A DNA stretch of 16,961 nt from Candidatus Hydrogenedentota bacterium (lineage in GTDB: Bacteria > Hydrogenedentota > Hydrogenedentia > Hydrogenedentales > SLHB01). The stretch is taken from the NCBI GenBank assembly GCA_963745075.1, contig CAVUWV010000035.1:1-16961 (forward strand), given 5' to 3'. The stretch's first letter is position 1, and every line of letters starts with the position of its first letter. The notes beneath the pieces were generated by a model that searched no databases, was not told where the DNA came from, and saw nothing but the letters and a program-made list of their open reading frames with translations. The position numbers and the translations under genes are program-made. This document shows, piece after piece, positions 16,406-16,961 of the stretch.

Positions 16406-16961
16406 ATGGAGTCTGCACAGATCGGCGAACCGGCTACCACTGATCCATTCGGGCGCGTATTACCCACAACCTCATCCTGCCCACAATTCTCTTCGCGGCC
16501 CTGGGTGCGATGACTTGGGCGGTACGGGGTTGTTCCGGGTTGGCGGGTCGTCGGGCTGCATTTTTGCGGGGGTCACGTGGGGCGCCGCGTGGTGGTTTAT
16601 CGCGCGCGATCCGAGTGGCACGCAGTCGCGCCGGTATACGTCCGGCTGGATTATCCTGGCGATGACGTTCGGTATCGGCATGGCCGGCGCGCGGGGGTGG
16701 ATGCAGTGGTCCAGCTTTTTTGAGGGACATCTGCAAACCAACTCTGCGGAAGGCGAGTTCGTTCCTATCTCGCGCGCTTATGGGTTCCTCTGGCTCTTCA
16801 TCGCGGGGGTGCCGTGGGCCGGTATCGGGGCGTGTATGCTCGCGTGGTGTGGTTCCGCACGACGCACGACGATTTGGCACTGGATACTGCGCATCGGTTG
16901 CGGAGTTGGTGGCGCTTGGCTAGCCGTTACGCTTTTCAACCATCTGCCGCAAGTGTTCCTT
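16406..16961 (+). CDS. Hypothetical polytopic membrane protein, truncated by the window end; two apparent frameshifts
   Basis: Manual translation: MESAQIGEP.. / RITHNLILPTILFAALGAMTWAVRGCSG / GGSSGCIFAGVTWGAAWWFIARDP...SGWIILAMTFGIGMAGARGWMQWSSFFEGHL...YGFLWLFIAGVPWAGIGACMLAWCG...; shifts near 16445-16455 and 16540. Absent from the ORF track. Confidence 0.65.

Overview
GC-rich bacterial window. The DUF1559 C-terminal signature ([16 protein letters not shown]...AQSE...FNHxPGGxNVLxMDGHV) suggests Candidatus Hydrogenedentota or a PVC-like lineage; this is inference only. Left part (1-7420): three tandem minus-strand prepilin-type/DUF1559 (H-X9-DG-like) genes. Each has its own near-consensus sigma70 promoter (TTGACA-17-TACATT with extended TG), an identical 14-bp LacI-type operator (TGACAACGATGTCG), a conserved covarying two-stem 5'-UTR hairpin and an RBS; two have visible UUCG terminators. 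A divergent LacI-family gene carries the symmetric form of the same operator over its own -35. An intact ISAs1-family IS (21-bp IRs, 10-bp target duplication) has inserted right at the -35 of the third promoter. Right part: enoyl-CoA hydratase; a secreted fusion of a neutral-ceramidase domain and an Ntn/C45 hydrolase domain; a membrane-anchored hypothetical protein; a 22-bp x4 repeat; scpA-yraN (no adjacent scpB); a convergent FdhF/YdeP molybdopterin oxidoreductase; a 10-bp repeat array; and a possibly leaderless membrane-protein gene running off the end. Several single-base frameshifts are probably sequencing errors. The best candidate for a novel system is the LacI-controlled DUF1559 pilin-like regulon with its conserved leader RNA structure.
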